64,000 nt of DNA from an uncultured Sulfolobales archaeon (GTDB taxonomy: Archaea > Thermoproteota > Thermoprotei_A > Sulfolobales > NBVN01): NCBI GenBank assembly GCA_938017505.1, contig CALIKV010000010.1:76720-140719 (forward strand). The letters run 5' to 3'. Both the position numbers and the translations under genes were made by a program. The notes beneath the pieces were generated by a model. It was given only the letters and a program-made list of their open reading frames with translations, was not told the DNA's origin and made no database searches. Shown here piece after piece: positions 29,752 through 40,132 of the stretch. The stretch's first letter is position 1; the number at the start of each line of letters is the position of its first letter.

Positions 29752-30594
29752 TTACCCACTTATCCTCTCCTTAAGCTTCCTAAACTCCTCCTCACTCATA
29801 CTCCAATACTCACTTGGTCCGGGGAAAAGCCCTTTCTTAACGTCGTCGACGTACCTGCTTAACGCCTCCGCTATCTGATCGCTAAGGTTGGCGTACCTCC
29901 TGACGAAGGGGGGAGGCGTTGGATTTATGCCTAGGAGATCATAAATAACTAATATCTGGCCATCGCATTGCACGCCAGCACCTATACATATGGTCGGCAC
30001 GCTCACCTTCTTAGTTATCTCGGCCGCCACTTGCCAGGCCGTGAACTCTATGACTATCGAGAAAGCGCCAGCCTCCTGAAGGGATCTAGCCGCTTCAATC
30101 ATGTTCAGCGCGTCTTCAGCGTTCTTGCCCCTTAGCTTGTAGCCCCCAAGCATTAAGTACCTCTGCGGGTTAAGTCCTATGTGTCCCATCACAGGTATCC
30201 CCGCCTTAGTCAACGCCTCAACGGTTTCAACGACCTCAAGACCCCCCTCGATCTTAACAGCGTCCGCACCCATTTTAATCAATTCACCGGCATTCCTGAT
30301 CGCCTCAGTCTTGCTAACCTCGTAAGTCAGGAACGGCATGTCAGCTACTACTAAGGCCTTGGTCTTCGCGTTCACCACAGCCCTAAGGTGATGCTTCATC
30401 TCGTCGAGCGTGACCGGCAGGGTGGAAGCATAACCCATGATCACCATACCTAAGGAGTCCCCAACAAGCAGGCCGTCAATGCCAACCCTATCAGCTAGGG
30501 TTGCGTCGTAATATGAATATGCGGTGACCATGACGATCTTCTCGCCAGACCTCTTCTTCTTTACGAAATCGTGAGGGTATATTTTATTGCTCAT
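29752..30594 (-). CDS. panB: 3-methyl-2-oxobutanoate hydroxymethyltransferase
   Basis: LVGDSLGM, ADMPF, VKIEGG, GHIGL.PQ, IGAG..CDGQ. Confidence 0.96.
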   Translation of the reverse strand: MSNKIYPHDFVKKKRSGEKIVMVTAYSYYDATLADRVGIDGLLVGDSLGMVIMGYASTLPVTLDEMKHHLRAVVNAKTKALVVADMPFLTYEVSKTEAIRNAGELIKMGADAVKIEGGLEVVETVEALTKAGIPVMGHIGLNPQRYLMLGGYKLRGKNAEDALNMIEAARSLQEAGAFSIVIEFTAWQVAAEITKKVSVPTICIGAGVQCDGQILVIYDLLGINPTPPPFVRRYANLSDQIAEALSRYVDDVKKGLFPGPSEYWSMSEEEFRKLKERISG

Positions 30595-30660
30595 AACATA
30601 CCCTGTAATTATTAACTTGAGAGGTTAATAATGATGTGGCCGGGCCTTGAATGATACGGC

Positions 30661-31596
30661 TTATAAGCCCGCCCTCATCAGGGACTCCTTAGCCCTAACC
30701 ATCAGCCACAGGACCTCGTTAATCGGAGTCTTCACACCGACGCTCATACCTCTAGCCACAATCTCGCCGTTTATGTAATCGACTTCCGTCCTCCTCCCGC
30801 TTACTAGGTCCTGATACATTGATGAGTAGTTCTCCCCCGTTGTTTCAGCAACCTTTATTAATTCATTCAGGGGGTCTACGTGGAGCACCAGACCGAGTTT
30901 CTCAGCTACTTCACGCACCTCCATCACCACCCCGGTAGCTACTCTGAATAGGTTTTCATCCATTATCACGTGCTTGTTTCTTACACCGTGAAGGGCTGTC
31001 AAAGGGTTTATGGCCGCGTTAACGGATAACTTAACCCACCTATAGGGTTCTATGTCGTCAACCACCTCCACATTGAGCACCTTAAGTAGGGATGAGATAC
31101 TCTTCAGCGACTCTCTAGGAACCCCCTTAGAACCTAGGTAGCTAGTTGAGCCGCCGATCCATGTGAATTCGTAGAGACCGGATCTGTGAACGCCGTGATT
31201 CAGGACCAGAGCAGCAACCCTCTCAGGACCTAAGACCTCGAGGGCCTCCTCGTAGGACCTCAACCCATTCTGGCAGGTTACCAAAACCCCTCCATCACCT
31301 AAGTACGTCCTTACAGCTCTCAAAGCCCTCGAGAAGTCGTACGCCTTAGTAGTCATTATGATCAGGTCGAAGGACCCGATCTTCAACAGGTCGTCGTACG
31401 TTACGAGACGCATTCCACTAGGTCTCTCTACGGAGTCGTTAACCTTACGGAGCCGCAGGCCACTGCTTCTAATCATCGCTAGGCGTTGAGGATCCCTGAG
31501 CAGTACGTATGGCTCCACTCCAACGCTCAACAACGCGTAGGACATTAAGGTCCCTACAGCCCCGCTACCAACAATGAGAACTCTCTCCATACTCAC
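30661..31596 (-). CDS. panE: 2-dehydropantoate 2-reductase
   Basis: GSGAVG, TKAYD, QNG, WVKLSVNAAINP, SSMYQD, TEVDYING. Confidence 0.95.
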   Translation of the reverse strand: MSMERVLIVGSGAVGTLMSYALLSVGVEPYVLLRDPQRLAMIRSSGLRLRKVNDSVERPSGMRLVTYDDLLKIGSFDLIIMTTKAYDFSRALRAVRTYLGDGGVLVTCQNGLRSYEEALEVLGPERVAALVLNHGVHRSGLYEFTWIGGSTSYLGSKGVPRESLKSISSLLKVLNVEVVDDIEPYRWVKLSVNAAINPLTALHGVRNKHVIMDENLFRVATGVVMEVREVAEKLGLVLHVDPLNELIKVAETTGENYSSMYQDLVSGRRTEVDYINGEIVARGMSVGVKTPINEVLWLMVRAKESLMRAGL

Positions 31597-31780
31597 ACCA
31601 GTAGCACCACTTATCGTTTATCCTAGATATCTTGTTTCCAGGTTTTTTCTTCTTATCGTTCCTCATATGACGCACTGTATCCTTAAAGAGAGTTAACAAA
31701 CCTCGTTTTCAACGGTGTGAAGCCTTGGTGAAGAAACCTGATTTAAGAACTGTCTCCACTCTTATCTCTGGTGTAGGGAG

Positions 31781-32533
31781 TTGCACGTGGCGATCGAAAA
31801 ATCAGCTGTAACCCTGCGAAACGTGGTTAAGAACTTCGGCAGGGTTAGAGCCCTTAACGGCGTTAGTCTTGAGATTGAGCGGGGGATTATTTTCGGTTTA
31901 ATAGGTCCTAACGGGGCTGGCAAAACAACCTTGCTGAGAATCTTAGCTACATTACTTAAGCAGGATGATGGACTTGTAGAAGTTCTGGGGTTTAGACTGC
32001 CCCAGGATAAATATCATGTGAGGAAGCACGTATCATACCTCCCCGAGGACGCTGGCTTATACTCAAGACTGACGGGATGGGAGAACCTGCTGTACTTCGC
32101 GATGCTTTACTACGATAAGGGTTCTAAGGCGCTGGAGGTGGCTGAGCTCGGCGCTAAGATCTCGAACTTGAGTGAGCGAGATCTGAGCAGGAAGACTTCA
32201 GAGTATAGTAAGGGTATGAGCAGGAGAATAGCGATAGCGAGAACGCTGATGATAGGCTCTGAGGTTGTGATACTCGACGAACCTACATCAGGACTTGACG
32301 TCTTCTCCGCGTACTCCGTACGCAGGATTCTCAGGGACTACGTTAAGAACCACGCTGTCACCGTGATCATGTCCTCCCATAACATGATCGAAGTGGAGGA
32401 GATCTGCGACGAAGTAGCTCTCATAAATAGAGGTCTCATAATAGCTCAAGGAGCTCCAAGAGACTTAATAAGCACGTACGGCGGGAGGAATCTAGAGGAC
32501 GTCTTCATAAGTCTCGCTGGTGAGGTTGAGTGA
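31781..32533 (+). CDS. ABC exporter ATP-binding subunit (NatA-like)
   Basis: GPNGAGKTT, YSKGM, ILDEPT, SSH. Confidence 0.92.
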   Translation: MHVAIEKSAVTLRNVVKNFGRVRALNGVSLEIERGIIFGLIGPNGAGKTTLLRILATLLKQDDGLVEVLGFRLPQDKYHVRKHVSYLPEDAGLYSRLTGWENLLYFAMLYYDKGSKALEVAELGAKISNLSERDLSRKTSEYSKGMSRRIAIARTLMIGSEVVILDEPTSGLDVFSAYSVRRILRDYVKNHAVTVIMSSHNMIEVEEICDEVALINRGLIIAQGAPRDLISTYGGRNLEDVFISLAGEVE

Positions 32534-33759
32534 GCGCAATACGTGTGATCGTATGGAAAGAGATTAAGGATATGTTACGTGACGTACGCACCCTAGCTGC
32601 GATTGCACTCCTGCCTTTATTCATGCTTCCTTTAATGAGCGTCACTTCACTTTACGCTCAGGGTCTCCAGCCTGGAGTGGTTGCAATAATTAACTACGAC
32701 TCGTCCACGGGTTTTGTATGGGGGGTTAATATTACGTCAGCGGACTTCATACGTGGGATGAGGGAGGAGTTAGAGAGGAACGGCTTCAGCGTGGTTCATA
32801 ACATAACGCACTACGTTGATGCAATGGTTATAGTGAGGGAGGGTTTCGCATGCAACGTATCATCCTTTACCGAGAGGTCATTCCTCGAGGTGATTAAGAG
32901 CCTCGGGTCTAGTAAGGCGGACGCCGCGGAGAACATTATAGTGAATTACGTTAACAAGTATAACCACATGCTGGCAACGCTTAAGGTACTTGAGTTAGGC
33001 AGTGCTGCCGGAGTTAATGTGTCCGTGGACTCCGTCTTAAACCCTGTTAAGACTCGAGTCAGTGTCGTAGGCGCTGGCGGTGCTCCAGTGAGTTACGAGG
33101 AAGCCCTGAGGGTCTATATCGCGAGGTTCCTGTCGTTCAGCCTGATCTTCGTTACAACCCCCTCAACGGCTTATATAACCGATTCAGTCATAGGTGAGAA
33201 GGAGAGGAAAACTCTAGAGGCTTTGTTGAGCACCCCCATACCGAGGCATGCCTTAATCGTAGGTAAGGTCGTCTCGACTTCGTTGATTGGATTGCTGACA
33301 GGGTTTACAAACGCTCTAGGTCTCCTCCTCTTCGCGTACATACCTTCACTGTTCTACGGGATTAATCTCTTCCATCTCATCCCGGCAAGTGTTATGACAG
33401 CGCATTTCATGGCGATATACCTCTCAGTCTTAAGCTCCCTCGCTTTAGTAACCCCGGTAGTTATTAGATCAGGCAGTTATAGAGCCGCTCAAGCCTTCTC
33501 CATGGTGATAATCAGCATAGCTTCCATAGTTTTCTTCATCTCCCTCTATGTTGACATAGAGCAATTGAGCGACGTCTATAAGGCAACGCTCTACGTGCTC
33601 CCCTACACTCACGCGTCGCTCTTTATAAAGTACACTGCACTTAACATGCCTCAAAACGCTTTACTTCATCTGGCGATATTAATCCTAGTGATATCGTCTC
33701 TAGTATACCTCTCTATAAGGCTGTTTAGTGAGGAGCGGATAATATATGGGAGGACGTAA
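32530..33759 (+). CDS. ABC-2 type permease (NatB-like)
   Basis: KEIKDMLRD, GEKERKTLEALL..P, GK, multiple TM segments. Confidence 0.9.
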   Translation: MSAIRVIVWKEIKDMLRDVRTLAAIALLPLFMLPLMSVTSLYAQGLQPGVVAIINYDSSTGFVWGVNITSADFIRGMREELERNGFSVVHNITHYVDAMVIVREGFACNVSSFTERSFLEVIKSLGSSKADAAENIIVNYVNKYNHMLATLKVLELGSAAGVNVSVDSVLNPVKTRVSVVGAGGAPVSYEEALRVYIARFLSFSLIFVTTPSTAYITDSVIGEKERKTLEALLSTPIPRHALIVGKVVSTSLIGLLTGFTNALGLLLFAYIPSLFYGINLFHLIPASVMTAHFMAIYLSVLSSLALVTPVVIRSGSYRAAQAFSMVIISIASIVFFISLYVDIEQLSDVYKATLYVLPYTHASLFIKYTALNMPQNALLHLAILILVISSLVYLSIRLFSEERIIYGRT

Positions 33760-33836
33760 GGATGGGTTCCTGATGACCTCTCAGAGACTCCCTGAAGCTT
33801 ATATTAAGCATGGCATCTACTCTAATAGGTGGTTAG

Positions 33837-36011
33837 ATGAGACTAAACCTAGGCCTGCTCTCCAGAAATAAAGGGAAGATAATCACCGCAACGTCTCTAG
33901 CGTTCCTAGTTATCTCGGCATGGATCGGGTCCTACTTAAGGCTTTACCCAGTCTTCAACTCTTTGGATATGGGTTATGATCCAATGCTCAACGAGCTTGA
34001 CCCGTACTCGGAGTACTGGACGGCTGAGAAAATCCTTGAGAAGGGATTCGCTTACTACTTCAGCCTGGACAGATCTAATAATGAGACGCACATCTTCTGG
34101 TACCCGTGGGGGAGGGATTTCGTTAAATCAACGTTGCCACTCACCCCAGTGTTCTCGGTCGTCACGTACTACGTCGCGAGGATGTTTAGCCCTGACATGA
34201 GTCTGCAGGAGTGGATGGTCTACGTACCCGTAGTTTTCTTCGTACTCTCCCTCGTAGGGATCTACCTAAGCGCTAGGGAGATGTGGGGCGATCCTCCAGC
34301 GATCGTGGCTGCGCTTGTAGCAGCGCTGATGTTCAACAGCAGGCAATTAGCAGGCTTCACAGTAAAATACGCTGCCGGCCTAGGTTTCATCTTCCTAGCC
34401 ACTTACTTCCACATAAGGACCTGGAAGAGGAGAAGTCTCATAGACGCGTTGCTGGCCGGTGTTTTCCTATCCATAACAGCCTCCGGCTGGGCTGGCTTCA
34501 ACCTGCTCCTAGCCGCCATGTTACTGCAACTAGTCTTCCAGCCGTTGATAACTCAGGTGTCGAGGAACGATTTAATTCTATGGGGTCTTGAGACCCTTCC
34601 CCTGGCGCTGACCATCACCCTTATCCCATTCTACGGCCCTACCTACTTGATCTACAGTGTCGGGATCTTAATACCTATGGGTTTCCTGGTCATCGGTATT
34701 GCGTTATTGCTCGAGCGTGTAGCCTTGTTAAAAACCGTTAAGCTTAAGTACCCCTTGCTGGTTAAGTGGCGCGTCATGTACTTATTGTTAGTGGGGTTGG
34801 TAGGTGTAGGCGGTCTCCTAGGGCTCACAACGGGATTCATCCACGTTAAAGGCAAGGGTCTAGCGGCGATGGGGTTAGGAGGGCTGACGCACGTCTTAGT
34901 AGGCACTGTTCAAGAGTACGCGCCCGCCACCGCGTACAGTTTCGTATGGAACGGCGGGACGCCTCTGATAATCTCCGTGTTTATGATCCTGTACTTCGCT
35001 TACAGGGCCTTTGTCAAGAAAGATCTGACAAACCTCTTCATAGGGGTCTTCCTGATTATCACTGCCTACGCTACTCTTAACGTCTCGTACTTCTTCCCTC
35101 TGCTCAATTACGTGGTAGCTATATCTCAGAGTAGCTTCGTAGCCCTATTTATACCGTATTTAAGTAAGAGGAGGGATCTACTGCTCAGAATACTAAGTAT
35201 AGCGATGCTGGCAATGCACTTATCCCTCACGCTGTTCCAGGGGATGACAATGTGGGTACCTGCCTACAGAGCTCAGGTACCGATGATAATAGCTTCAGGC
35301 CTGGACGTACGGAATGACGTGCCGGCATGGCTTGACGCCCTCAACTGGATTAAGAACGAGACCCCTGAAGACTCAGTCGTCATCTCATGGTGGGATTACG
35401 GATACTGGCTCAGCGTCCTGGGGGAGAGAGCCACCGTGGCTGATGGCGCCACGTTAAATGCCACTCAGATAGAGTTACTGGCTAAAGCACTAACCGGGAC
35501 TGAGGAGGAGGCATTCGAGATCTTCACTAAGCACTTCCATTGCACCCCTGGCAAGACCTATCTGGTAATTTACGACGTAGCCCTCTTCTCAGAGCGACTG
35601 GGCTCCACATATGTGGGTCCTCTGGTCTTCCAAGGCGGGGTTTTCATAGGGGCTGACATGGCTAAGGGGGTCTCAGCGATATACAGGATAGCTGGTAGAA
35701 CAGCCCCCGTAACGACCACCACCATAGACCAATACGCCTACACTATACCTAACTGGGTCGACGCTTCATTGACCAATGCAACCCTCTACAAGATATTCCT
35801 GCACTCGATTCACGAGGTATTCGGCGTTGAGGGGCTTAAGGTTAGGTTTCTCTACGGCGCTCTTCAGTACCCGCAGTACGCGCCCGAGTTGCCGAGACCA
35901 ACGCTGAAGGTCTTCAAGCCAGCGCATATCTCCGTGAGCCAGCTCTACGAAGGAAGCAACGTCTACGTCGTCGTTGCTGTTTACGAGATGGGTGGGCAGG
36001 TAGTTGAATGA
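33837..36011 (+). CDS. aglB: oligosaccharyltransferase (STT3/AglB)
   Basis: ELDPY, WYPWG, TVQE, WWDYG motif; polytopic N-terminal half. Confidence 0.93.
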   Translation: MRLNLGLLSRNKGKIITATSLAFLVISAWIGSYLRLYPVFNSLDMGYDPMLNELDPYSEYWTAEKILEKGFAYYFSLDRSNNETHIFWYPWGRDFVKSTLPLTPVFSVVTYYVARMFSPDMSLQEWMVYVPVVFFVLSLVGIYLSAREMWGDPPAIVAALVAALMFNSRQLAGFTVKYAAGLGFIFLATYFHIRTWKRRSLIDALLAGVFLSITASGWAGFNLLLAAMLLQLVFQPLITQVSRNDLILWGLETLPLALTITLIPFYGPTYLIYSVGILIPMGFLVIGIALLLERVALLKTVKLKYPLLVKWRVMYLLLVGLVGVGGLLGLTTGFIHVKGKGLAAMGLGGLTHVLVGTVQEYAPATAYSFVWNGGTPLIISVFMILYFAYRAFVKKDLTNLFIGVFLIITAYATLNVSYFFPLLNYVVAISQSSFVALFIPYLSKRRDLLLRILSIAMLAMHLSLTLFQGMTMWVPAYRAQVPMIIASGLDVRNDVPAWLDALNWIKNETPEDSVVISWWDYGYWLSVLGERATVADGATLNATQIELLAKALTGTEEEAFEIFTKHFHCTPGKTYLVIYDVALFSERLGSTYVGPLVFQGGVFIGADMAKGVSAIYRIAGRTAPVTTTTIDQYAYTIPNWVDASLTNATLYKIFLHSIHEVFGVEGLKVRFLYGALQYPQYAPELPRPTLKVFKPAHISVSQLYEGSNVYVVVAVYEMGGQVVE

Positions 36012-37242
36012 GATCTGCGGAGATTTCGTAGTGGTTAACCCGTATGTGTGGTTATCTAACGCGTGTGTCCGCTTCACCGATCGAATTGAGGATATCTACA
36101 CTCTCTCAGGGGGTGGCGTTGCCGAGGGAGGGTTAAGGATAATCACTCACGGGATGGCGTCGACGCATACTCACTTAGGACTCTACCCGGTAAGGAGCAC
36201 TGTGGCAGCGGGGCTGGATCTCGACTCCTGGGTTAAAGGTAGGGCGTGGCGTTGGGAGAGATTCGTTAGGGGGAATCCTGAGGTTAGCTACCTGTCCTCG
36301 CTAATAGCTGCAACGGAGATGCTCTTGTCAGGCGTCACTCTCATAGCTGATATGCATTTCAATGAGGAGCTCGTCTACAGGACACTCAGCGAGATCGGGG
36401 TTAAGGCTGACTTAAGCGTGGCTATAATGGACGGCGGGGTCTTCGATAGCTACGAGGAAGCTCTTGAGGAGAACCTTAGACTGCTTAAGGCCGTTCAAGG
36501 CGCTGACGTCAAAGTCAGGCTTGGGCCCTGCACCCCGAGATTATTAACTCCTGAGCAGTTCAGGGAGATTGTTACGTTAGCTAAACAACTCGATATCGGC
36601 ATTCATACTCATCTAGCCGAGGTTCGTGAGGATATCGAGTGGCTTAAGAGCAGGTATTCCATTTCACTAAAGGAGTTCGTGGACCTAGTCGGTTTGAGGG
36701 ACACGGACTCTATAGTGGCTCATGCAGTGTGGGCTGAAGACGTAATTGATTTACTTTCGTCAAGCAACATCACGGTATCTCATTCACCAAGGTCTAACAT
36801 CTTGCTGGGGGATGGAAGAGCCCCTGTAAGGAGGTACTTAAGGCATGGCGTTAACGTCTCACTGGGCGTCGATGTGGCCCCCACATACGACTTACGGGAT
36901 GAGTTAAAGACGTACGTGTCGTTGCACTACCCTGGCGAGGGGCCTTCAGACACTCTTGAGGCCTTCCGTCTGTCAACTATAAACGCGTATAGGGGGCTTG
37001 GCTTCGGGAGCGGAGAGCTATCCCCGGGCGAGGTCGCGGACTTGGTTGTGTGGTCAGTCACTGATCCACTAGTTGATGACCCCCTAGCTCAAGTAATATG
37101 GGGTTCCTCTAGGGTTGAGGAGGTTTACGTATCCGGGAGGTTAATCCTCAAAGAGGGAAGACCTGTGAGTAGCGTGGATCTCCTGAGGGTCAGGGAGAGG
37201 CTACACGAATACCTCAGAGAATTCTCGAGATCACAGCCCTAA
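36004..37242 (+). CDS. amidohydrolase (MTA/SAH deaminase-like)
   Basis: HTH metal motif, DMHF, HTHLAE, AHAVW, LGVD. Confidence 0.85.
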   Translation: MNEICGDFVVVNPYVWLSNACVRFTDRIEDIYTLSGGGVAEGGLRIITHGMASTHTHLGLYPVRSTVAAGLDLDSWVKGRAWRWERFVRGNPEVSYLSSLIAATEMLLSGVTLIADMHFNEELVYRTLSEIGVKADLSVAIMDGGVFDSYEEALEENLRLLKAVQGADVKVRLGPCTPRLLTPEQFREIVTLAKQLDIGIHTHLAEVREDIEWLKSRYSISLKEFVDLVGLRDTDSIVAHAVWAEDVIDLLSSSNITVSHSPRSNILLGDGRAPVRRYLRHGVNVSLGVDVAPTYDLRDELKTYVSLHYPGEGPSDTLEAFRLSTINAYRGLGFGSGELSPGEVADLVVWSVTDPLVDDPLAQVIWGSSRVEEVYVSGRLILKEGRPVSSVDLLRVRERLHEYLREFSRSQP

Positions 37243-37897
37243 CACTTGCGACAAGCTCCTTGCTTACAGAGTTTAGCTCTTCAAGGAAGCAAGCGGCAGA
37301 TGCTCCGAACCCTCTATCCATGTGCGCCTCAAGAACTTTAGTCCAATCAATCTTTATTATGTAATACGTGATGAATATCGATATGAAGACGAAGAGAGGC
37401 ACCGCCTGATATGCTTGCTCATCGCTGAATACGGTGAAAATACTCCCGTAGAACACAACAGCGCTCTTCAGGAAGACTTTACCTAGAAACACTGCTAGGA
37501 AGTAAGAGGGCATTGAAAATTTAGTGACTCCTAGCGGCAGGTAAAGCACGTCGTCAGGAAGCGGTAGGGCAGCGAAGAGGAATATAGCCAGCGTGACTGA
37601 CTTTCTAGCGATCTTGTTGAAAAGCTCTACATTCCTTCTGCTGACAGGGCCTAAGGCCCGGGACGCCCCCCTACCGAGAGCATATATTACGAGCTTCCCC
37701 AACGCGGCTCCTAACGCGGAGGAAACAATTATGATTATTTTGTCGTTAATGCCTGGATAGCTGATCGCGTAGGACAGTATTATAAGTAAGTAAGGAAGCG
37801 ATACGAACGGGATCGAGTTACTTACAAAGCTTATTATGAGGGGTCCCATAGGTAGAGAGCTGAACACGCTCAAGATCTTGAGTATCTCGGTAAGCAT
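37214..37897 (-). CDS. DedA/VTT-family membrane protein
   Basis: NSIPF, GAALGK...Y.LG, FAALPLPDD...PLG, FLGK. Confidence 0.85.
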   Translation of the reverse strand: MLTEILKILSVFSSLPMGPLIISFVSNSIPFVSLPYLLIILSYAISYPGINDKIIIIVSSALGAALGKLVIYALGRGASRALGPVSRRNVELFNKIARKSVTLAIFLFAALPLPDDVLYLPLGVTKFSMPSYFLAVFLGKVFLKSAVVFYGSIFTVFSDEQAYQAVPLFVFISIFITYYIIKIDWTKVLEAHMDRGFGASAACFLEELNSVSKELVASVRAVISRIL

Positions 37898-37971
37898 GAT
37901 ATCCCTTCCTATGAATACCGCGCAATTAACTTAATAAGCTGCCTGCGTACGTATAATCACAGTGTACTGTA

Positions 37972-38469
37972 ATGGAGCCGACACGGATCCACAGCACTAT
38001 GACCGAATGCCCTGTGTGCGGTAACAGAACCCTTGAGATAAGCGTTTACGTTTATGAAGTCCCGCTTGTCGGCAAGGTTTTACTTGATGTTTGGAAGTGT
38101 AGTAACTGTGGCTACAGAAGGTCTGATGTAGGGCTCGCTGAACACGGTGATGAGGTCATGATATCCTTTAAGGTGAAGAGCCCGGAGGACCTAGGAGCGC
38201 TTGTTGTTAAGTCATCCTCAGCCACCATAGTTATCCCCGAGTTAGGTGTAGAGGTAAGCCCGGGGCCGGCGGCGCAAGACCACATAACAACAGTTGAAGG
38301 GGTCTTAGAGAGAGTGCTTGATAACGTGCCCTCAGAGTGCTTTGATGAGAGTAGCGAGTGCAACAAATTCGTTAAGGACATAACTAGAGCTATGAATAGT
38401 GAGAAGGAATTCACGGTAATACTAATCGATCCCCTGGGCAAAAGCACCATACGGAAATGGGGGACGTAA
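37972..38469 (+). CDS. ZPR1-type zinc-finger protein
   Basis: CPVC...CSNCGYR, VVKS, IPELG, TTVEG, DPLGKS. Confidence 0.92.
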   Translation: MEPTRIHSTMTECPVCGNRTLEISVYVYEVPLVGKVLLDVWKCSNCGYRRSDVGLAEHGDEVMISFKVKSPEDLGALVVKSSSATIVIPELGVEVSPGPAAQDHITTVEGVLERVLDNVPSECFDESSECNKFVKDITRAMNSEKEFTVILIDPLGKSTIRKWGT

Positions 38470-38490
38470 TCCCTAAGCTATGGAGCACGT

Positions 38491-39024
38491 TCACTCGACC
38501 TTTATCTCGAATTCGCCGAAACCTCCTTTAAGTTTCTTGAGCTCTATCTCCAGTATCCCGTTCCTGTAATCCGCCTTAGCACTTTTCACGTCAACTTCGT
38601 CAGGCAACGCAACCTTCTTAAAGTACTTTCTCCCGTTACTTGCTTGAATAATCAACTCCTTACCTGAAGCCCTAAGCTTAATTCCCTCTTTCTCAACGCC
38701 TGGCATCTCCACCACGATTCTCACCCTGTCTCCCTCGTCGATAACGTCGGCCAGGGGCTCCCTCTCCTCAGTTATCTTGGGTTTCATGCCTTCCCTCCTC
38801 ACATTACCGAACTCGTCTACCTTAATCTGTCCGTCAGGACCTATGTAGATTCTGTACCCGTAGACGTATGGCCCAAGGCCTCTCTCACGCAGCTTCTCAA
38901 CCTCCTCAGGACTTATTCTGAAGAGTTTCTCACTCTCCCTAATGAACTCCCTCACCTCGTCCTCAAACTCCTTGAACAAGTCGTCAAATATATCAAAGAA
39001 CGACTTCCTCCTCCTGTCACCCAT
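38491..39024 (-). CDS. hsp20: small heat-shock protein Hsp20
   Basis: GPYVYG...GPDG, REPLADV, EMPGV, YRNGILE. Confidence 0.95.
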   Translation of the reverse strand: MGDRRRKSFFDIFDDLFKEFEDEVREFIRESEKLFRISPEEVEKLRERGLGPYVYGYRIYIGPDGQIKVDEFGNVRREGMKPKITEEREPLADVIDEGDRVRIVVEMPGVEKEGIKLRASGKELIIQASNGRKYFKKVALPDEVDVKSAKADYRNGILEIELKKLKGGFGEFEIKVE

Positions 39025-39186
39025 CGAGCTCCACCAAATCTAGTATTCATAGAGAGGATTTAAAGTTTGCCCCCGGAGCGGATTCAACCGCCTCGTGGGA
39101 GATCCTTAAGTACTAACATAAGTAAGATAATTCGGTGTCTATCTAAAGTGTGGTTCGCATTCGTTAACTCTCCCCTGGGGCCCAAT

Positions 39187-39402
39187 ATGAGGGTGCTTAA
39201 GAAATTCACAGTGTCCACGACGTATGCGGAGGAGGAGTTGGAGATCCTCCAAAGTAGGGTCTCGAGCTTCCTTGACTTGAGAGCCATCCGCGTTTCTGAG
39301 GGACGTGTGGACGCGATATATGAGATAGTCGCCGTAGACCCTGACGCTGCGGATTTAATTAGAGTGGGTGTAGACAAGTTCATACTGGCTGAAATCACGT
39401 GA
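39187..39402 (+). CDS. small hypothetical protein
   Basis: ATG at 39187 within ORF 39067-39402; protein-like composition. Confidence 0.4.
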   Translation: MRVLKKFTVSTTYAEEELEILQSRVSSFLDLRAIRVSEGRVDAIYEIVAVDPDAADLIRVGVDKFILAEIT

Positions 39403-39485
39403 TTTCGAACTGTTCTGCAGGATCAATGCGTCTCCTCAATAGGGGTTAAGTCTTAAAAGCAGTTCTCTCAGGTAAAGGAGTCTTC

Positions 39486-39818
39486 TTGGGTGGGGTATTG
39501 CCTGTAGATGTTATAGTGATTACTAATGGGACCTCCTTCAGCGAGGACGTGCTTAAGTCAGTTTGGGAGACCGCTCAGAAGTTGTTTCACGAGTATGGAC
39601 TAGAAGTCTACGTGATACCGTACGTATCTAAAGATTCCAAGGTTATGATAGTTGTTAACGACGTTGAGTTCGTGGTCTCTAGAAAGCTTACGCATGAGGA
39701 AATTGAGGACTTGATTCTAACCGCGTGTGAGGGCGAAGGTAAAGGTAGGGAGATAGCTTTGGTCGGGACTGTCATCTCCGACTGGAGCGAGTTCGGAAGC
39801 GCGCAAATAGCGTTCTAA
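39486..39818 (+). CDS. small thioredoxin-fold-like hypothetical protein without CXXC
   Basis: VDVIVIT...HEYGLEVYVIP...MIVVND pattern; similar to 23224-23507. Confidence 0.65.
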   Translation: MGGVLPVDVIVITNGTSFSEDVLKSVWETAQKLFHEYGLEVYVIPYVSKDSKVMIVVNDVEFVVSRKLTHEEIEDLILTACEGEGKGREIALVGTVISDWSEFGSAQIAF

Positions 39819-39867
39819 GAGAACCCTGATCTTTTCGTTCGATTTTGCTACTATTGATGTCTTACGT

Positions 39868-40132
39868 CTAAACTCCCCCTCCACCCGACCTCCCTAAGAA
39901 CCCATTGTTCTTCAGACGAGGAGTTAGTGTTGGACTGTTTATCCCTGGATATTCGTTGACGTTCTTTTGTTTCCAGGGACTTCCACCTCGTCCACGGAGT
40001 CTGAGGGGCCCTTGCGGGGTCGTTGGCAGCTGTAGGGCCTAACGGAACGAGCTCCTATCTACGAGAGTAAGACCATCTTCCGGGCGGCTCAGAGCATTGC
40101 TCCCATCGCCGACCAGAATCACCATAGCCCTC
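39868..40132 (-). ncRNA. candidate ~265-nt structured RNA with K-turn-like hairpin and GCAA tetraloop (RNA C)
   Basis: TTTATAAG 40163-40156; hairpin 40131-40069; CCC-GCAA-GGG; 8-bp stem 39979-72/39949-42; G-U pairs favour the minus strand. Confidence 0.5.

Noticed and set aside
40075..40105. SRP RNA (minus strand has GGGAGCA and GCCCGGAAG)
   Set aside because: The two words are in reverse order relative to helix 8 and the CAGG strand is missing; they fit a different hairpin
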